Of a stretch of 64,000 bases of DNA, positions 1 through 10,306 are shown piece by piece (within the stretch, counting starts at the first letter, position 1; every line of letters starts with the position of its first letter). The DNA comes from Candidatus Melainabacteria bacterium (GTDB lineage Bacteria > Cyanobacteriota > Vampirovibrionia > Obscuribacterales > Obscuribacteraceae). The stretch spans positions 18,779 through 82,778 of the forward strand of contig JABDBL010000006.1 of NCBI GenBank assembly GCA_013288645.1, given 5' to 3'. The notes under the pieces are model-generated. The model was not told the origin of the DNA. It was given only the letters and a program-made list of their open reading frames with translations, and did not search any database. The translations under genes and the position numbers were made by a program.

Positions 1-801
1 GGTTACAATCCTAGCGTTAAGCTTATAAATCTACTAATTGAAAATGACGTTTTAGGCTTTGCTCGGCCAGGAGTAGACAATCATCCTCATTTAAATTTTC
101 TTACTACACTCTTGCCAAGATTGAAAAAGGAGGCCGGGGCAACTCACATTGCTTTGGCTTTACCAAAGTCACTACAAAAACTCTTAGATGTTTTTTTAGT
201 AACAGGAGAAATTTTGCCAAATTTATCGCCAGTTAATCTGTCAGATTATGGACTGAAGGGCGAAAACGATTATTTATCCCTTTTGAAAGCGGCTAGACTA
301 GCGGGTTATCAATTGATAGCGATTGAACCTAATACTCCTGTGAGAGCTTTTGATCCGCAGCGCGAGCAGATAATGGCAAGAGCTATTCAAAATATTTTGC
401 GGTCAGCAGACAAAGCAAAAGTCATTTTTCTTGCTCCTGACAAGCATCTAGGTTATTTAAGCGTGGGTGATTGGATGCCAGTGGCTGGAATTTTAAAAGA
501 AGAAGGTTTTACTATTTCTACCGTTAATCAATATTGGCATTCAGACTTTATACCTAAAGTGTTTGCTTGCTTATTGAAGGGACTCAGTCATCCCATAGCG
601 CTTGCTTCGAAGGATGTCAAAATGTTTGCGGCGCTGCAAAGTAGATCCTTGTCGCTCGAGCTTGTTTTGCCTAGCAATTGGGATCTAACAATAATCTATC
701 CCAAGGCAACTATTGGTAAGAAGAGGCTTTTCAAGCAAACAGTGGTAGAAATGAGCAGACTCTTTAATGCCAATTTTTTATTTGGCAAGCGAAAAAAATG
801 A
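1..801 (+). CDS. hypothetical protein, 5'-partial (frame is open from base 1; the listed TTG at 112 is probably internal)
   Basis: Frame 1 has no stop codon in bases 1-111 and runs straight into ORF 112..801. No motif I can assign. Confidence 0.5.
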   Translation, partial: GYNPSVKLINLLIENDVLGFARPGVDNHPHLNFLTTLLPRLKKEAGATHIALALPKSLQKLLDVFLVTGEILPNLSPVNLSDYGLKGENDYLSLLKAARLAGYQLIAIEPNTPVRAFDPQREQIMARAIQNILRSADKAKVIFLAPDKHLGYLSVGDWMPVAGILKEEGFTISTVNQYWHSDFIPKVFACLLKGLSHPIALASKDVKMFAALQSRSLSLELVLPSNWDLTIIYPKATIGKKRLFKQTVVEMSRLFNANFLFGKRKK

Positions 802-858
802 TGATGATGAGTTATTTCAATAATGACCGAACCTTTAACGTGAAAAAATGGTTTCATA

Positions 859-1347
859 ATGCAACTTCTTTGCTATGATGGTTTCAGCATGAAAAATAAA
901 AACTTTGCTCAGGAAAATTGTGCTATTGCCCGTTGCTTAGAAGTAGTTGGGCATTGGTGGACCTTGTTGATCATAAGAGAAGCGTTTTCGGGAGTGAGCA
1001 AATTTGGTGATTTTCAGAGTCGACTAGGTATAGCCAGAAATATTCTTACTGTTAGACTTAAAAAATTGGTGGAAGATGGTATCTTGCAAATGGAAAATAC
1101 TGGTGGTCAACGCCGCGAATATTTTTTAACTGATAAAGGAAGAGAATTGATCTATGTTCTTGTTGCCCTAAGCCAATGGGGGAATAAATGGCTTTTCCCC
1201 TCTGGTAGGCCAATACCTCGACTCGTTGATAAGCAAGATTTGCTAGAATTGGCACCGCTGGAAATCCGCTCTCGCAACGGCAGAATTTTGAGTAATAATG
1301 ATATTGAGTTTTTAAGCCCAGACAATAAACATTATGAAAAAGAGTGA
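859..1347 (+). CDS. HxlR-family winged-helix transcriptional regulator
   Basis: Signature CAIARCLEVVGHWWTLLIIREAF...FGDFQSRLGIARNILTVRLKKLVEDGIL is typical of HxlR-type HTH proteins. ATG at 889 is an alternative start. Confidence 0.85.
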   Translation: MQLLCYDGFSMKNKNFAQENCAIARCLEVVGHWWTLLIIREAFSGVSKFGDFQSRLGIARNILTVRLKKLVEDGILQMENTGGQRREYFLTDKGRELIYVLVALSQWGNKWLFPSGRPIPRLVDKQDLLELAPLEIRSRNGRILSNNDIEFLSPDNKHYEKE

Positions 1348-1360
1348 GGAGTATTTTTAA

Positions 1361-2203
1361 TTGACATTAAACGCACCTATTTTGAAAAATATGAGTTGGC
1401 TCAAGCTTTTTGTTCTAGTGTTTTTATTACTGGCTTTTATACAGTTGAAAGCGGGAGCATCACAGTCGACTAATTCCGTACATAAATTTGTAAGTTGTAT
1501 TGATGGTGAAGAAGATTATTATGCTTTACTGCCTGGCAAGAATAATACTTTGATAGTTTATTTGCATAGTTTGAATGGTGATTACAATGAACCTTTCAAA
1601 CTAAATGGCGATAATAGCTTAGCCTCTGCTCTTTTGAAAGAATTTCCTGGAGCTTCATTTCTGTCTTTTAATTATGGAAGCAGTCCTTCATGGGGCAATG
1701 CTGCTGCTCGAATCGATATAAGCAAACTTTTGGGTTCAATTATAAAAGAACTGAATGTAAAACGTATTCTTTTGGTTGGTGTCTCAATGGGTGCCTCAAC
1801 TGCTTTAAACTATACTGCTACTGCGCCTGATTATATAAAAAATAGAATTGTGGGCATCGTAGCAGTTAGTCCTTGCGCTAATCTGGAGGACTTATACAAG
1901 CAAACCGCCGCGCCTGAAATTAAATCTTCACTCGAGAATGTTTTTGGAGTTGGTAAAGATGTGATGCCCATAGGTTATGAGCAAAATAGTTTCGATACGT
2001 GTGTGATATTTTTGCCGCCCAAGGTAAAAGTTGGTGTTGTATCAGCGACTGAAGATAAAGCTGTACCAATTGATTTGCAGAAAGATGTGGTGCGCGATTT
2101 AAGTAACCGAGACATAATAATAAAATCGTATGAAGTAGAGGGTAAATTCGACTCTTTACCTGTTAAATCTATTCTGGAAGCCAGTCGATTTGTGATGCAG
2201 TAA
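1361..2203 (+). CDS. secreted or membrane-anchored alpha/beta-fold hydrolase
   Basis: N-terminal hydrophobic segment (WLKLFVLVFLLLAFIQL). Nucleophile elbow GVSMGAS (G-x-S-x-G). Size fits the alpha/beta hydrolase fold. Confidence 0.7.
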   Translation: MTLNAPILKNMSWLKLFVLVFLLLAFIQLKAGASQSTNSVHKFVSCIDGEEDYYALLPGKNNTLIVYLHSLNGDYNEPFKLNGDNSLASALLKEFPGASFLSFNYGSSPSWGNAAARIDISKLLGSIIKELNVKRILLVGVSMGASTALNYTATAPDYIKNRIVGIVAVSPCANLEDLYKQTAAPEIKSSLENVFGVGKDVMPIGYEQNSFDTCVIFLPPKVKVGVVSATEDKAVPIDLQKDVVRDLSNRDIIIKSYEVEGKFDSLPVKSILEASRFVMQ

Positions 2204-2227
2204 GGTTATCAGTAAAGCGATCTGAAT

Positions 2228-3745
2228 ATGAAACGAACTGTTGTATTATTGCCAACCGATAATAGGCCTATCACTTATATATTTCCTCAACAAATTTGCC
2301 AACTAGCAGATTTAGACGTACTGATTCCGCCAAGAAATTTAATGGGTTCCTTGTTTGCCCCTACTGAATTAAGCGTGCTAAATCGATGGCTGGATGAAGC
2401 GGCTAGTAAAGTCAAAGCTGGCGCAATCTTAGTTTGTCTGGACACTTTATTTTATGGCGGACTAATCCCATCAAGACGAAGTGATGATAATTTAGAAACT
2501 GTTTTAGCGCGAGCTCACCATATAGCTAACTTGAAAAAACGCGTTGGCGATAAACTTAGAATATATGCGCAATCTAGTATCATGCGTATTTCAAATAATT
2601 ATGATAATACTGAGGAAAAGCTGTATTGGTCGCAATACGGTAAGGAAATTTTCAACTGGTCGCAGATGTTACACCAAAAGGAATTAGGTCTTCTACATTC
2701 AGAAAGTGAACTAAAAACTGCTGAATCCCGCATAGATCCTGCCGTACGTACCGACTACCTTTCTACACGAAAAAGAAATTTTACTGTTAATCAAAAGATC
2801 ATTGACTATGTCGTTAATGGCGATTTAGACTTTCTCATTTTTAGTCAGGATGATTCTGGGCAATATGGTTTAAACGTATCTGAAAAAAATAAATTAATTG
2901 CTTTGGCAGAGGCAAAAGGAACTCAGAATGTCTTGGCTTATGCTGGTGCTGATGAAATGTTAATGACACTCATCGCTCGGTATCTAAATAATGGACGCAA
3001 TATGGTGCCTAAAGTAGCCTTGCATTATAGTGCTTTAGAAGGACCTGCGCTTGCTAGTAACTTTGAAGGACAAAGCATTGGTGAAAGTATGCGGCACCAA
3101 GCTAATGCTCAAGGTTTAAAGATTGTTGATGCTGATATCACTGACGACACTTTAGATTTTCACGTTATTGTGCACACGGGTGTAGATAAACAAGGCGATC
3201 ATATGTGGCTACCAGGATTGCCGGACTTAAGAGTAGTTGATAGTAAAAATTCTGCAAAAACTGCTATTAAACTAATTGAACAAGCAAAAGGACCTGTGGT
3301 TGTTTGTGATATCGCTTATTCAAACGGTGCCGATCCAGCTTTAGTTGATTTTTTATTTAAAAATCCGCGGCTGTTTAGTAAAATATGGGCTTATGGCGGT
3401 TGGAATACAACAGGAAATGCTGTTGGTTCAGCTTTAGCTATCGGTTCTGCATGTCTAAATGCTGCCTCAAGCGCTAAAGGCTTGAACGAGTTAATGCGTA
3501 AAAGATTGCTGTTTGTGCGTCTGATGGATGATTGGGCTTATCAAACACAAGTGCGCAAAGAGATACAGGCTAACAAAGCAGGTCCAGAACAACAATTATT
3601 ATTAGACCGGTTAATGGATGATTGTGCAAATAAGTTGGCGACTGCAATTGATTTTAATCCAGGATCAATTCAATATGCTTTGCCCTGGAAGCGGACCTTT
3701 GAGGTAGAAATTAATCTAGACTCTCAGCTGGCCAAAGCTTTTTAA
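2228..3745 (+). CDS. uncharacterised ~500-aa soluble protein, DUF4127-like (tentative)
   Basis: Long clean ORF. The 505-aa length and N-terminal VLLPTDNRPITY / LDTLFYGGLIPSR resemble my recollection of DUF4127. Needs an HMM check. Confidence 0.5.
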   Translation: MKRTVVLLPTDNRPITYIFPQQICQLADLDVLIPPRNLMGSLFAPTELSVLNRWLDEAASKVKAGAILVCLDTLFYGGLIPSRRSDDNLETVLARAHHIANLKKRVGDKLRIYAQSSIMRISNNYDNTEEKLYWSQYGKEIFNWSQMLHQKELGLLHSESELKTAESRIDPAVRTDYLSTRKRNFTVNQKIIDYVVNGDLDFLIFSQDDSGQYGLNVSEKNKLIALAEAKGTQNVLAYAGADEMLMTLIARYLNNGRNMVPKVALHYSALEGPALASNFEGQSIGESMRHQANAQGLKIVDADITDDTLDFHVIVHTGVDKQGDHMWLPGLPDLRVVDSKNSAKTAIKLIEQAKGPVVVCDIAYSNGADPALVDFLFKNPRLFSKIWAYGGWNTTGNAVGSALAIGSACLNAASSAKGLNELMRKRLLFVRLMDDWAYQTQVRKEIQANKAGPEQQLLLDRLMDDCANKLATAIDFNPGSIQYALPWKRTFEVEINLDSQLAKAF

Positions 3746-3841
3746 TAAATTTGTCACCGGTTTGCCACATTGTTTTTGTATCTTAATTAGTATCTAGGCT
3801 GAAGAGCCTAACGATTAAGAGAAAACGAGGTGGATCATATT

Positions 3842-4051
3842 ATGGTTAGCGCATTATCCAGACATTTACCTAATGAGATTGTGAAAGAAGAGATAAATGG
3901 CACTATTTCCTGTTTGCTGCTGTCAACTAATAACCAGGAATTTCCTTGTGCTCTACGGGAATTTATTAATTCTAATGCTGATTTGCCGACGATTGAAGAG
4001 TTAGCTAAGAAGTCTACAAAGTTAGCAGAAGCAATTGGAATGCTTCATTAG
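3842..4051 (+). CDS. small hypothetical protein
   Basis: ORF with GAGGTGG Shine-Dalgarno about 8 nt upstream of ATG 3842. No recognisable domain. Confidence 0.35.
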   Translation: MVSALSRHLPNEIVKEEINGTISCLLLSTNNQEFPCALREFINSNADLPTIEELAKKSTKLAEAIGMLH

Positions 4052-4088
4052 TTCGTTTAGAAAACAGATTATAAGGAAGAAAGGAAAA

Positions 4089-4562
4089 ATGCTGCCAGAT
4101 AAAAAAATCAAAAATTCTATTGAATGGGGCTATGCTATAAGTCGCGTAAAGAGCATTATGCTTAAGTGTCGGGAAAAAAAGACGGCAGAAGAACTTATAG
4201 AAGCTACTCGCTGTATAAAAAGAGCTATAGAGCTTTCATGGGAATTTCCTTGCAGCGATATCAGACGCTTTCTTACTCTAAGCACTTCAATTGCTCTATT
4301 TTGTCATTTGCATTGTTACGGTTATGTAGAATTTGATCGGCAAATATTACTAAGAATGGCAAGACGTTATCCACGTCCTGCATTTGGCGACATACTAAAT
4401 AATTTGGGTATGCTTTATCAGGAGCACGGAAAAATCAATGAGGCTGGTCAACTGTATAGACAGGCAGTGAAATTATTGCCACCTAATCATCCTCGCTTTA
4501 ATTTGCTAGTGTCTAATTTGGAATCTCTTATAAAGCTTTCTATCCCTAAAGAAACAGCTTAA
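4089..4562 (+). CDS. hypothetical protein with a C-terminal TPR-like motif
   Basis: AAGGAAGAAAGGA SD before ATG 4089. ILNNLGMLYQEHGKINEAGQLYRQAVKLLPPNHP matches the TPR consensus. Confidence 0.5.
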   Translation: MLPDKKIKNSIEWGYAISRVKSIMLKCREKKTAEELIEATRCIKRAIELSWEFPCSDIRRFLTLSTSIALFCHLHCYGYVEFDRQILLRMARRYPRPAFGDILNNLGMLYQEHGKINEAGQLYRQAVKLLPPNHPRFNLLVSNLESLIKLSIPKETA

Positions 4563-4682
4563 AGCCTTTGTGCATAAAGATAAATAAAGATGGCTAAATA
4601 AGAGGCACAAGCTTTTCGTATATTCTCGGCTCAAATAAATCGAACAATCTAGCACTCATATACATTTCCGTGGTATTCTGAC

Positions 4683-4714
4683 CCTCTTGGCAATCTTTTT
4701 TATTTGCCAAGAGG
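4683..4714. repeat. perfect 11-bp inverted repeat (CCTCTTGGCAA / TTGCCAAGAGG) with a T-rich 10-nt loop
   Basis: Read directly from the sequence in the 4563-4749 intergenic region. No flanking U-tract, so it is not a canonical terminator. Confidence 0.5.
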
Positions 4715-4749
4715 TGTAATAATAGCAAGATGGTTTATCGGTAAGAAGG

Positions 4750-6045
4750 TTGAATTTGCAGGTCAAAGAATTATCAGTTAATTCCGGTGCATTGAAACTA
4801 GCCGAAGCGGATGGGCTACGTTCCCAGCAAAATGAACCAGCAGCCAGAACAGTTTTTGCAGCCCGGTTTATTGCCGCATTGCTACTATTTTTTATAGTTG
4901 ATATTGTTATTAAGATAGACTTTCGCTTAGATCCTTTTGATATTCCTGAACGCAGCTTTATCTGGTGGGCTGTGAAAGACTACAGACAATTAAAGCAAGC
5001 CCCAGATATATTATTATTTGGCTCATCATTAATGCTAGCTGGTGTAAATGTTGGCGACGCGGCGCATTATAAAAAAGCGGTTGATACGGCTCAGCACCAC
5101 TACAGTTCATATTTGGCAGAATTACTCAAGAATCGTTATGGCTCTGCTATTTCAAATTTTTGTTTTGCTATTGGTGGTCAAATGGCTTCTGATGTTTATG
5201 CTATAACGACAAATTTTGTTAGTGAAAAGTATAAGCCTCGTCTAATAGTTTGGGGAATTGCACCACGTGATTTAATTGACGCGGCTTTTCCAGGAGTGAC
5301 AACTAGCGATACGGCGAGTTATATGAATAAAATTGCCGGAAAAGAAATAGTTATCGAAGAACATAAAACACTTAATTTTTTTATTGATCAATTTCTTCGT
5401 AAATACCTTTTTATGTATACGGCGAGAGATAATTTCTTGTCGAGCTTAAAGCAATCAATGCGCAAGTTACAAATACAACAAGCTGCTTGGATAACTTCAC
5501 TCGAACGTCGTGATAATGGCGATGTCGTGCCGCCTCCTGGTAGACAAAAGATGCTAAGGGAACTTATGAATCCTCGTGATGGTACTATGGGTGATATTGA
5601 GGTTGGAGAATGGCTGATTGGTGCGAGCTCTGAACCATCCAAGACTCTAGTTGATAATACTAGTGAATATTTAGTTCGCTATAACCCGTTTAAGCCTAAA
5701 ACATTTGCTGCGCAAAGAAATTATATGGAAAAATTTTTGCAGCAACAAAATGACCTGAGTGTCAAAGTATTGTTGGTCAATATGCCTTTGACTGGCGTAA
5801 ATATGTCACTTTTGCCAGCACCAACTTATGGTACTTATTTGTATACTCTTAGGACCCTAGCAAAAAAATATAATGCGGATATTCTTGATTTGAATGGCGA
5901 TCCTAGATTTAACCAAAGTGATTTTTTTGATACAGCTCACTTGAATGGGCTTGGTGGTCAAAAGTTTATTGAAGCTCTGTCAACTGATAATAGACTTGCT
6001 ATATCAAGCAAAGAAGCACTATCCGCTGGCGATCATTCACTATAG
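4750..6045 (+). CDS. membrane-anchored SGNH/GDSL-fold-like protein (DUF1574-like architecture)
   Basis: N-terminal TM (FIAALLLFFIVDIVI). Block-I-like LLFGSSLM and C-terminal DTAHLN (D-x-x-H). Sits next to GT-C genes. Confidence 0.55.
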   Translation: MNLQVKELSVNSGALKLAEADGLRSQQNEPAARTVFAARFIAALLLFFIVDIVIKIDFRLDPFDIPERSFIWWAVKDYRQLKQAPDILLFGSSLMLAGVNVGDAAHYKKAVDTAQHHYSSYLAELLKNRYGSAISNFCFAIGGQMASDVYAITTNFVSEKYKPRLIVWGIAPRDLIDAAFPGVTTSDTASYMNKIAGKEIVIEEHKTLNFFIDQFLRKYLFMYTARDNFLSSLKQSMRKLQIQQAAWITSLERRDNGDVVPPPGRQKMLRELMNPRDGTMGDIEVGEWLIGASSEPSKTLVDNTSEYLVRYNPFKPKTFAAQRNYMEKFLQQQNDLSVKVLLVNMPLTGVNMSLLPAPTYGTYLYTLRTLAKKYNADILDLNGDPRFNQSDFFDTAHLNGLGGQKFIEALSTDNRLAISSKEALSAGDHSL

Positions 6046-6059
6046 AAATCTGAGACTTA

Positions 6060-8414
6060 ATGAATATACTGACATTTTATAAGCGCGATCGATGGCTGGT
6101 CACAGTAACGGCGATTTTTATAATATTGGCTTTGGCTATAGCTTATCAGCCTGTTATGTTCAACTTTTTTTGTTCAGACGATTTTTATATAATTTCTTGG
6201 CTTGATCAATGTAAGCAAAACTTTTCACTTTTATTTCAAACTGTATATGAAGGCACGCCATATTACCGTCCCTTGCTCAATCTTTTGCTATTTATTGAGT
6301 ATTGTTTGTGCGGACCAAACAGTATTTTGTTTAGAGGGTTTAGTCTTCTCTACTTACTAATTACAGCTTACATTCTATGGTTGCTTGTGGGCGAGTTTGC
6401 TAATGAATTGAATGGGACAAATGTTTCTGGCAAATCAGGCGAAAAGAGCACCTGGGCAAAAACTAATTGGTGTTTGTTTTCGGTGGGTTTTTTCCTCCTC
6501 TTTCCTTTGCATACAGAGCCTATCAACTGGTTTGTTAGCACAACTGAATTATTAGTAAATATATTTATACTTGCCAGCTTCTTATTCTTTATATATTGGC
6601 GCAATAGAAATTTATTCGGTTTTCAATTTTTTAGTTATCTACTAGCCGCTTGTGCATTGCTTACTAAAGAAACTGCTGTCATTCTGCCGCCGATTTTGTT
6701 TGTATACGAATTATTAGTCAAAGGCAAAAGGCTGGATAAAATAAATCATGATAGTACCAAGCAATCTTCAAGAATACCGAGTTTGGTTCTACTAAGAAAT
6801 AAGCTGCTTAATGCAATAAGAGTCACTGCTAATTATTGGTTTCTGCTTGTCATTTATTTCTGCCTAAGAAAAATGATGACTGGTGACTTTTTAGGTAATT
6901 GGAGTAATGCTGTATTTCATTTTTCTGATAACCAGGCGATGTTTAAGGCCTGGTTTCAGAGTATCAAAATTATATTAAACCCTATATCTTGGGCAGCATT
7001 TGGAAAAAATTTTCCAGTTCACGTTGCTTGGACATTAATGTTAATCGATTTGACCTTTCTAACTCTGGCTAGCGTGTATAAAAGTTGGAAGAAAATCTCA
7101 CTACTGCTTTTCTTTGTTTGCTGGTTTTTCATAAGTCTTATACCAATGGCTAAATTATTGCTTATCACTTCTGATTTGCTTGATGCTCGATATGGCTATA
7201 TTGCGTCGATACCATTATGTATTTTTTTGATGTTGGGCTTGGCTTTCAGAGAGAGGCCTCTAGGTCTAAATTCTGTACGTTATCTTATTTTTATTGTTGT
7301 TATCTCATTTTGTTGTTTTGTATTGCGCTTAAACAATTCAATTTGGGCCGAAGCGGGTGATCTGACAAATAAAATGCTCAGTGGCTTCCGTCTCATACAC
7401 AAGCAAATACCGAACGCCGCAAAAATTTATTTTATCAACATTCCAGTTAGATATAAGGGCGTAGCTATTGCTGGGATTAAAAGTATGGACTCAATGAATC
7501 ATAAGCCTTTTTCAGCTGATGAATATAATAATTGCGTTTGGCTTCAAGATGAAGATCAGTGTCTTCCAATTGGTTTGATGGCTCACGATTTGGAAGCAGG
7601 TAAAATCGCAGCTTACTTCTACTATCTAAGTAGAGCAGACAAATGTTTTTATCCGGTGCGTTCAATCAAATCTCAACAGGGCAATGGCAAGCAAAACTTA
7701 GGGACATCAAAGCGAATTCGAGGACGCAAACCTACCTTTGTATTTTCTCCAGCAGAATTAAAATGTCAATCTTGCGATGCTTTAGTTTTTAATGTGAATA
7801 TCAAGTATAATGAACCATCTTCTAAGGATCAGTTAGTTCGACTTACTTTTGCCAATGACGCCAATCAAACCAATGATGATGAAGAATGTGTATTAGCTCC
7901 TTTTCTCGCTAAAGAGGGTGATCAGACCGTTATTTTCCCGTTGCGAGGCAAACCAATATGGTCATTTGGCGGCCGTTGCTATTCAATAAAAGTTTCTTTT
8001 CCTAAAGATCTTACTGTTAAGGTTAATGATGCTTTTGCCGTTTCTATAACGGATGATATGCCAAAGTTTGAATTGACCCCCGAAAATTATAGTATCCAAG
8101 GAGGAGTAGTTGATCTTAATTCAACGCATTCTTACTCGAATATCAATTATGATGCATCTTTTATTCGTAATTGTGCCGGAGTGGTTGTTGAGATTATTGA
8201 CTGGTCCGAATATTTTAGAGAACTAAATAGCCCATATTCTGAGGCTCAGTCTTTAATTGATTTGCATTTGATGAAATCCAAAGGACAAATTCAATTAGAT
8301 CGCAATATGTTTAAAGGCTCTCGCTATTATAAAGTGCGCTTACGACCGGTAGATAAGGCTGGTAAGCAATGCGCTTACTGTAGTGACCATTTTATATTGC
8401 ACGTTTCAAATTGA
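6060..8414 (+). CDS. polytopic GT-C-type (PMT/TMTC/ArnT-like) membrane glycosyltransferase with an uncharacterised ~350-aa C-terminal domain
   Basis: Many TM helices. First-loop FCSDDFY (DD motif), YRPL, HTEPINWF and KETAVILPP motifs. Full-length paralog of 16096..18432. Confidence 0.7.
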   Translation: MNILTFYKRDRWLVTVTAIFIILALAIAYQPVMFNFFCSDDFYIISWLDQCKQNFSLLFQTVYEGTPYYRPLLNLLLFIEYCLCGPNSILFRGFSLLYLLITAYILWLLVGEFANELNGTNVSGKSGEKSTWAKTNWCLFSVGFFLLFPLHTEPINWFVSTTELLVNIFILASFLFFIYWRNRNLFGFQFFSYLLAACALLTKETAVILPPILFVYELLVKGKRLDKINHDSTKQSSRIPSLVLLRNKLLNAIRVTANYWFLLVIYFCLRKMMTGDFLGNWSNAVFHFSDNQAMFKAWFQSIKIILNPISWAAFGKNFPVHVAWTLMLIDLTFLTLASVYKSWKKISLLLFFVCWFFISLIPMAKLLLITSDLLDARYGYIASIPLCIFLMLGLAFRERPLGLNSVRYLIFIVVISFCCFVLRLNNSIWAEAGDLTNKMLSGFRLIHKQIPNAAKIYFINIPVRYKGVAIAGIKSMDSMNHKPFSADEYNNCVWLQDEDQCLPIGLMAHDLEAGKIAAYFYYLSRADKCFYPVRSIKSQQGNGKQNLGTSKRIRGRKPTFVFSPAELKCQSCDALVFNVNIKYNEPSSKDQLVRLTFANDANQTNDDEECVLAPFLAKEGDQTVIFPLRGKPIWSFGGRCYSIKVSFPKDLTVKVNDAFAVSITDDMPKFELTPENYSIQGGVVDLNSTHSYSNINYDASFIRNCAGVVVEIIDWSEYFRELNSPYSEAQSLIDLHLMKSKGQIQLDRNMFKGSRYYKVRLRPVDKAGKQCAYCSDHFILHVSN

Positions 8415-8455
8415 GTCTATAGATAAGCGCATTGCATCGGTGCAAATAATATTTC

Positions 8456-9910
8456 ATGATAAAACTCTCTTCAAAAATTAGTATAGCCCTTCCTCTGTTT
8501 GTTGTATGGTTAATTACTATTGCAATACTGACTTATCGCTTAAATACTCTGGGTGCTTTTGCCTCGCTTGGTGTCACCAGATGTCTTGAGTATGTCAAAG
8601 ATGTTGGACAAGCGGATCCCTCCAGTATCAGACTCAATCAATCGTATAGTCAGTGGGCATTGGCGCTCAATATGACTGATCCATCAAACTATATAAAGAC
8701 AGGTCTAGGCTTTGCAGATGGGAAAGGACTTAATCTAAAGAATATTAGTCCTGCTGATCCAAATAATAAAACTTATATGCCTTATTATTTTCAAGGGCCT
8801 GGAACGCCAATTGTAATCGGTGCAATGATTAAGCTTTTCGGTGAGCAGACTGTCTTACCATACTTTATTTTGGTAGTGTGTGTGCATTTGCTAACTGCTT
8901 TTTTAACCTGTATTTTGGCTAGTAAATTTTTTAAAGACAGAATATATATTTTCGGTTCTGGCTTATTGAGTCTTTTATGTCCGGCAGTTTTGGATTATAA
9001 CTTTGGTTGTGGCATATTCGCGTCTGAGCCTTTGACAGCACCATTTATTGTATTGAGTCTAATTGCCATGTCAAATTTTTGGCTTGCTTTAGACGAAAGC
9101 CCTTATTCGTATAAACGTCTTGTTATTAATGCTTTAAGTTTTGGCGGTGCTTTAGGATGTGCCGCATATTTTCGCGATATTTACTCGACTTTTGCCGCTT
9201 TTTCTTTTTTAGTGCTTATTTTGTTTGGGCTTATCAGGCGAACACATTTTAAACAATTGATCTTGTTTGTGCTAATCGGCAGCTTAGTTTTATCTGCTGT
9301 TGAGTATCCTTGGAAAAAGCGTAATGCACGCTACTTTGGCGAATTTACAATGTCTGGCTCAAGTTATTGTAGTTCCAGTTTATGGTATCAAGTGTGGTTT
9401 GACTATAAAGAATCTTCTAAATGGAGCTCGCATGCGGCGATGGGATTAGGTAATTATTTGGCGCCTGAGAAATCAAAAGAAGTATTAGCGGTGCTAGGTA
9501 AAAACAAGCAGGTGGGCAACAGGTTTGCTTGGAAATCTTTTATTGAAGCTATATGGGCAAAACCATGGCAAGCCCTCTGCTATAAATTAGGAGTTTATGA
9601 CACGCTTTGGTGCGGGCAGCGGATTAATGCCTATATTTATTTGTGGTGTTTGCTATCAACTGTAAGTTTTCTGGCGTTTCTGTGGTTAACACGATTTAGG
9701 TTTATACCAGAGCTATGGTTATTCCCGCTTTTTCTTCTATGTATCTCTCCGATTGCTCATTATGAGCACCGCTATTCTCAGCCGTTTTTTCTTTTTATCA
9801 CGCCAATTACAGTTATGTATTTAATTCAATACTATCGAAATTATCGAAGACCGAATTGTCCCAGCATTGGCAGGCAAGAGTTTGAAGAAAATTGTTCAAG
9901 CCGTCTTTAA
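8456..9910 (+). CDS. polytopic membrane protein, probable GT-C/ArnT-like glycosyltransferase
   Basis: About 12 hydrophobic segments over 484 aa. Context next to the GT-C gene. No sharp catalytic motif recognised. Confidence 0.45.
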   Translation: MIKLSSKISIALPLFVVWLITIAILTYRLNTLGAFASLGVTRCLEYVKDVGQADPSSIRLNQSYSQWALALNMTDPSNYIKTGLGFADGKGLNLKNISPADPNNKTYMPYYFQGPGTPIVIGAMIKLFGEQTVLPYFILVVCVHLLTAFLTCILASKFFKDRIYIFGSGLLSLLCPAVLDYNFGCGIFASEPLTAPFIVLSLIAMSNFWLALDESPYSYKRLVINALSFGGALGCAAYFRDIYSTFAAFSFLVLILFGLIRRTHFKQLILFVLIGSLVLSAVEYPWKKRNARYFGEFTMSGSSYCSSSLWYQVWFDYKESSKWSSHAAMGLGNYLAPEKSKEVLAVLGKNKQVGNRFAWKSFIEAIWAKPWQALCYKLGVYDTLWCGQRINAYIYLWCLLSTVSFLAFLWLTRFRFIPELWLFPLFLLCISPIAHYEHRYSQPFFLFITPITVMYLIQYYRNYRRPNCPSIGRQEFEENCSSRL

Positions 9911-9991
9911 AAGACAAAGAGTCCTTGGCTCAGTCAGGCGAAAAATCTTCGCCAGAAAAAGCAGAAAGAGACGAACGACGTTTTCTTGGAG

Positions 9992-10306
9992 TTAGAGATA
10001 ATGCTTCACCTCCGATCTGGCAGATTCATTTGATTGTTTTTGTTGAGCGGGCTTGTTATTTATATCGGGCTGTCGTTTAGCCTCTTCCTTGGGCGTCGTA
10101 ATTACTTTAATCTCAAACTTTTTCCCCTTCTCATTCTCGTGTATATATTCACTGTCTGGCGGAGAAAACCCATTTGGTTTTATAGGAGACGAAAGATCTT
10201 TAACAGCTTCTTGGTGCAAGTTTTTTTGAGCCAAATCAGCTGCTGAGGTATCAAGTTTTGCTTTTTCAGGCTTTAATAAGGCTTCTGGCTGTGATTCTCT
10301 AGACAT
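9992..10306 (-). CDS. hypothetical charged/low-complexity protein
   Basis: Overlaps the stop of 10299..10730 by 8 nt (operon-like coupling). No domain recognised. Confidence 0.4.
   Translation of the reverse strand: MSRESQPEALLKPEKAKLDTSAADLAQKNLHQEAVKDLSSPIKPNGFSPPDSEYIHENEKGKKFEIKVITTPKEEAKRQPDINNKPAQQKQSNESARSEVKHYL

Noticed and set aside
9892-10246. Plus-strand ORFs 9892..10080 and 10034..10246
   Set aside because: They overlap the minus-strand ORF 9992..10306, which is translationally coupled to 10299..10730. The plus-strand versions lack SD sequences. The call is still uncertain.
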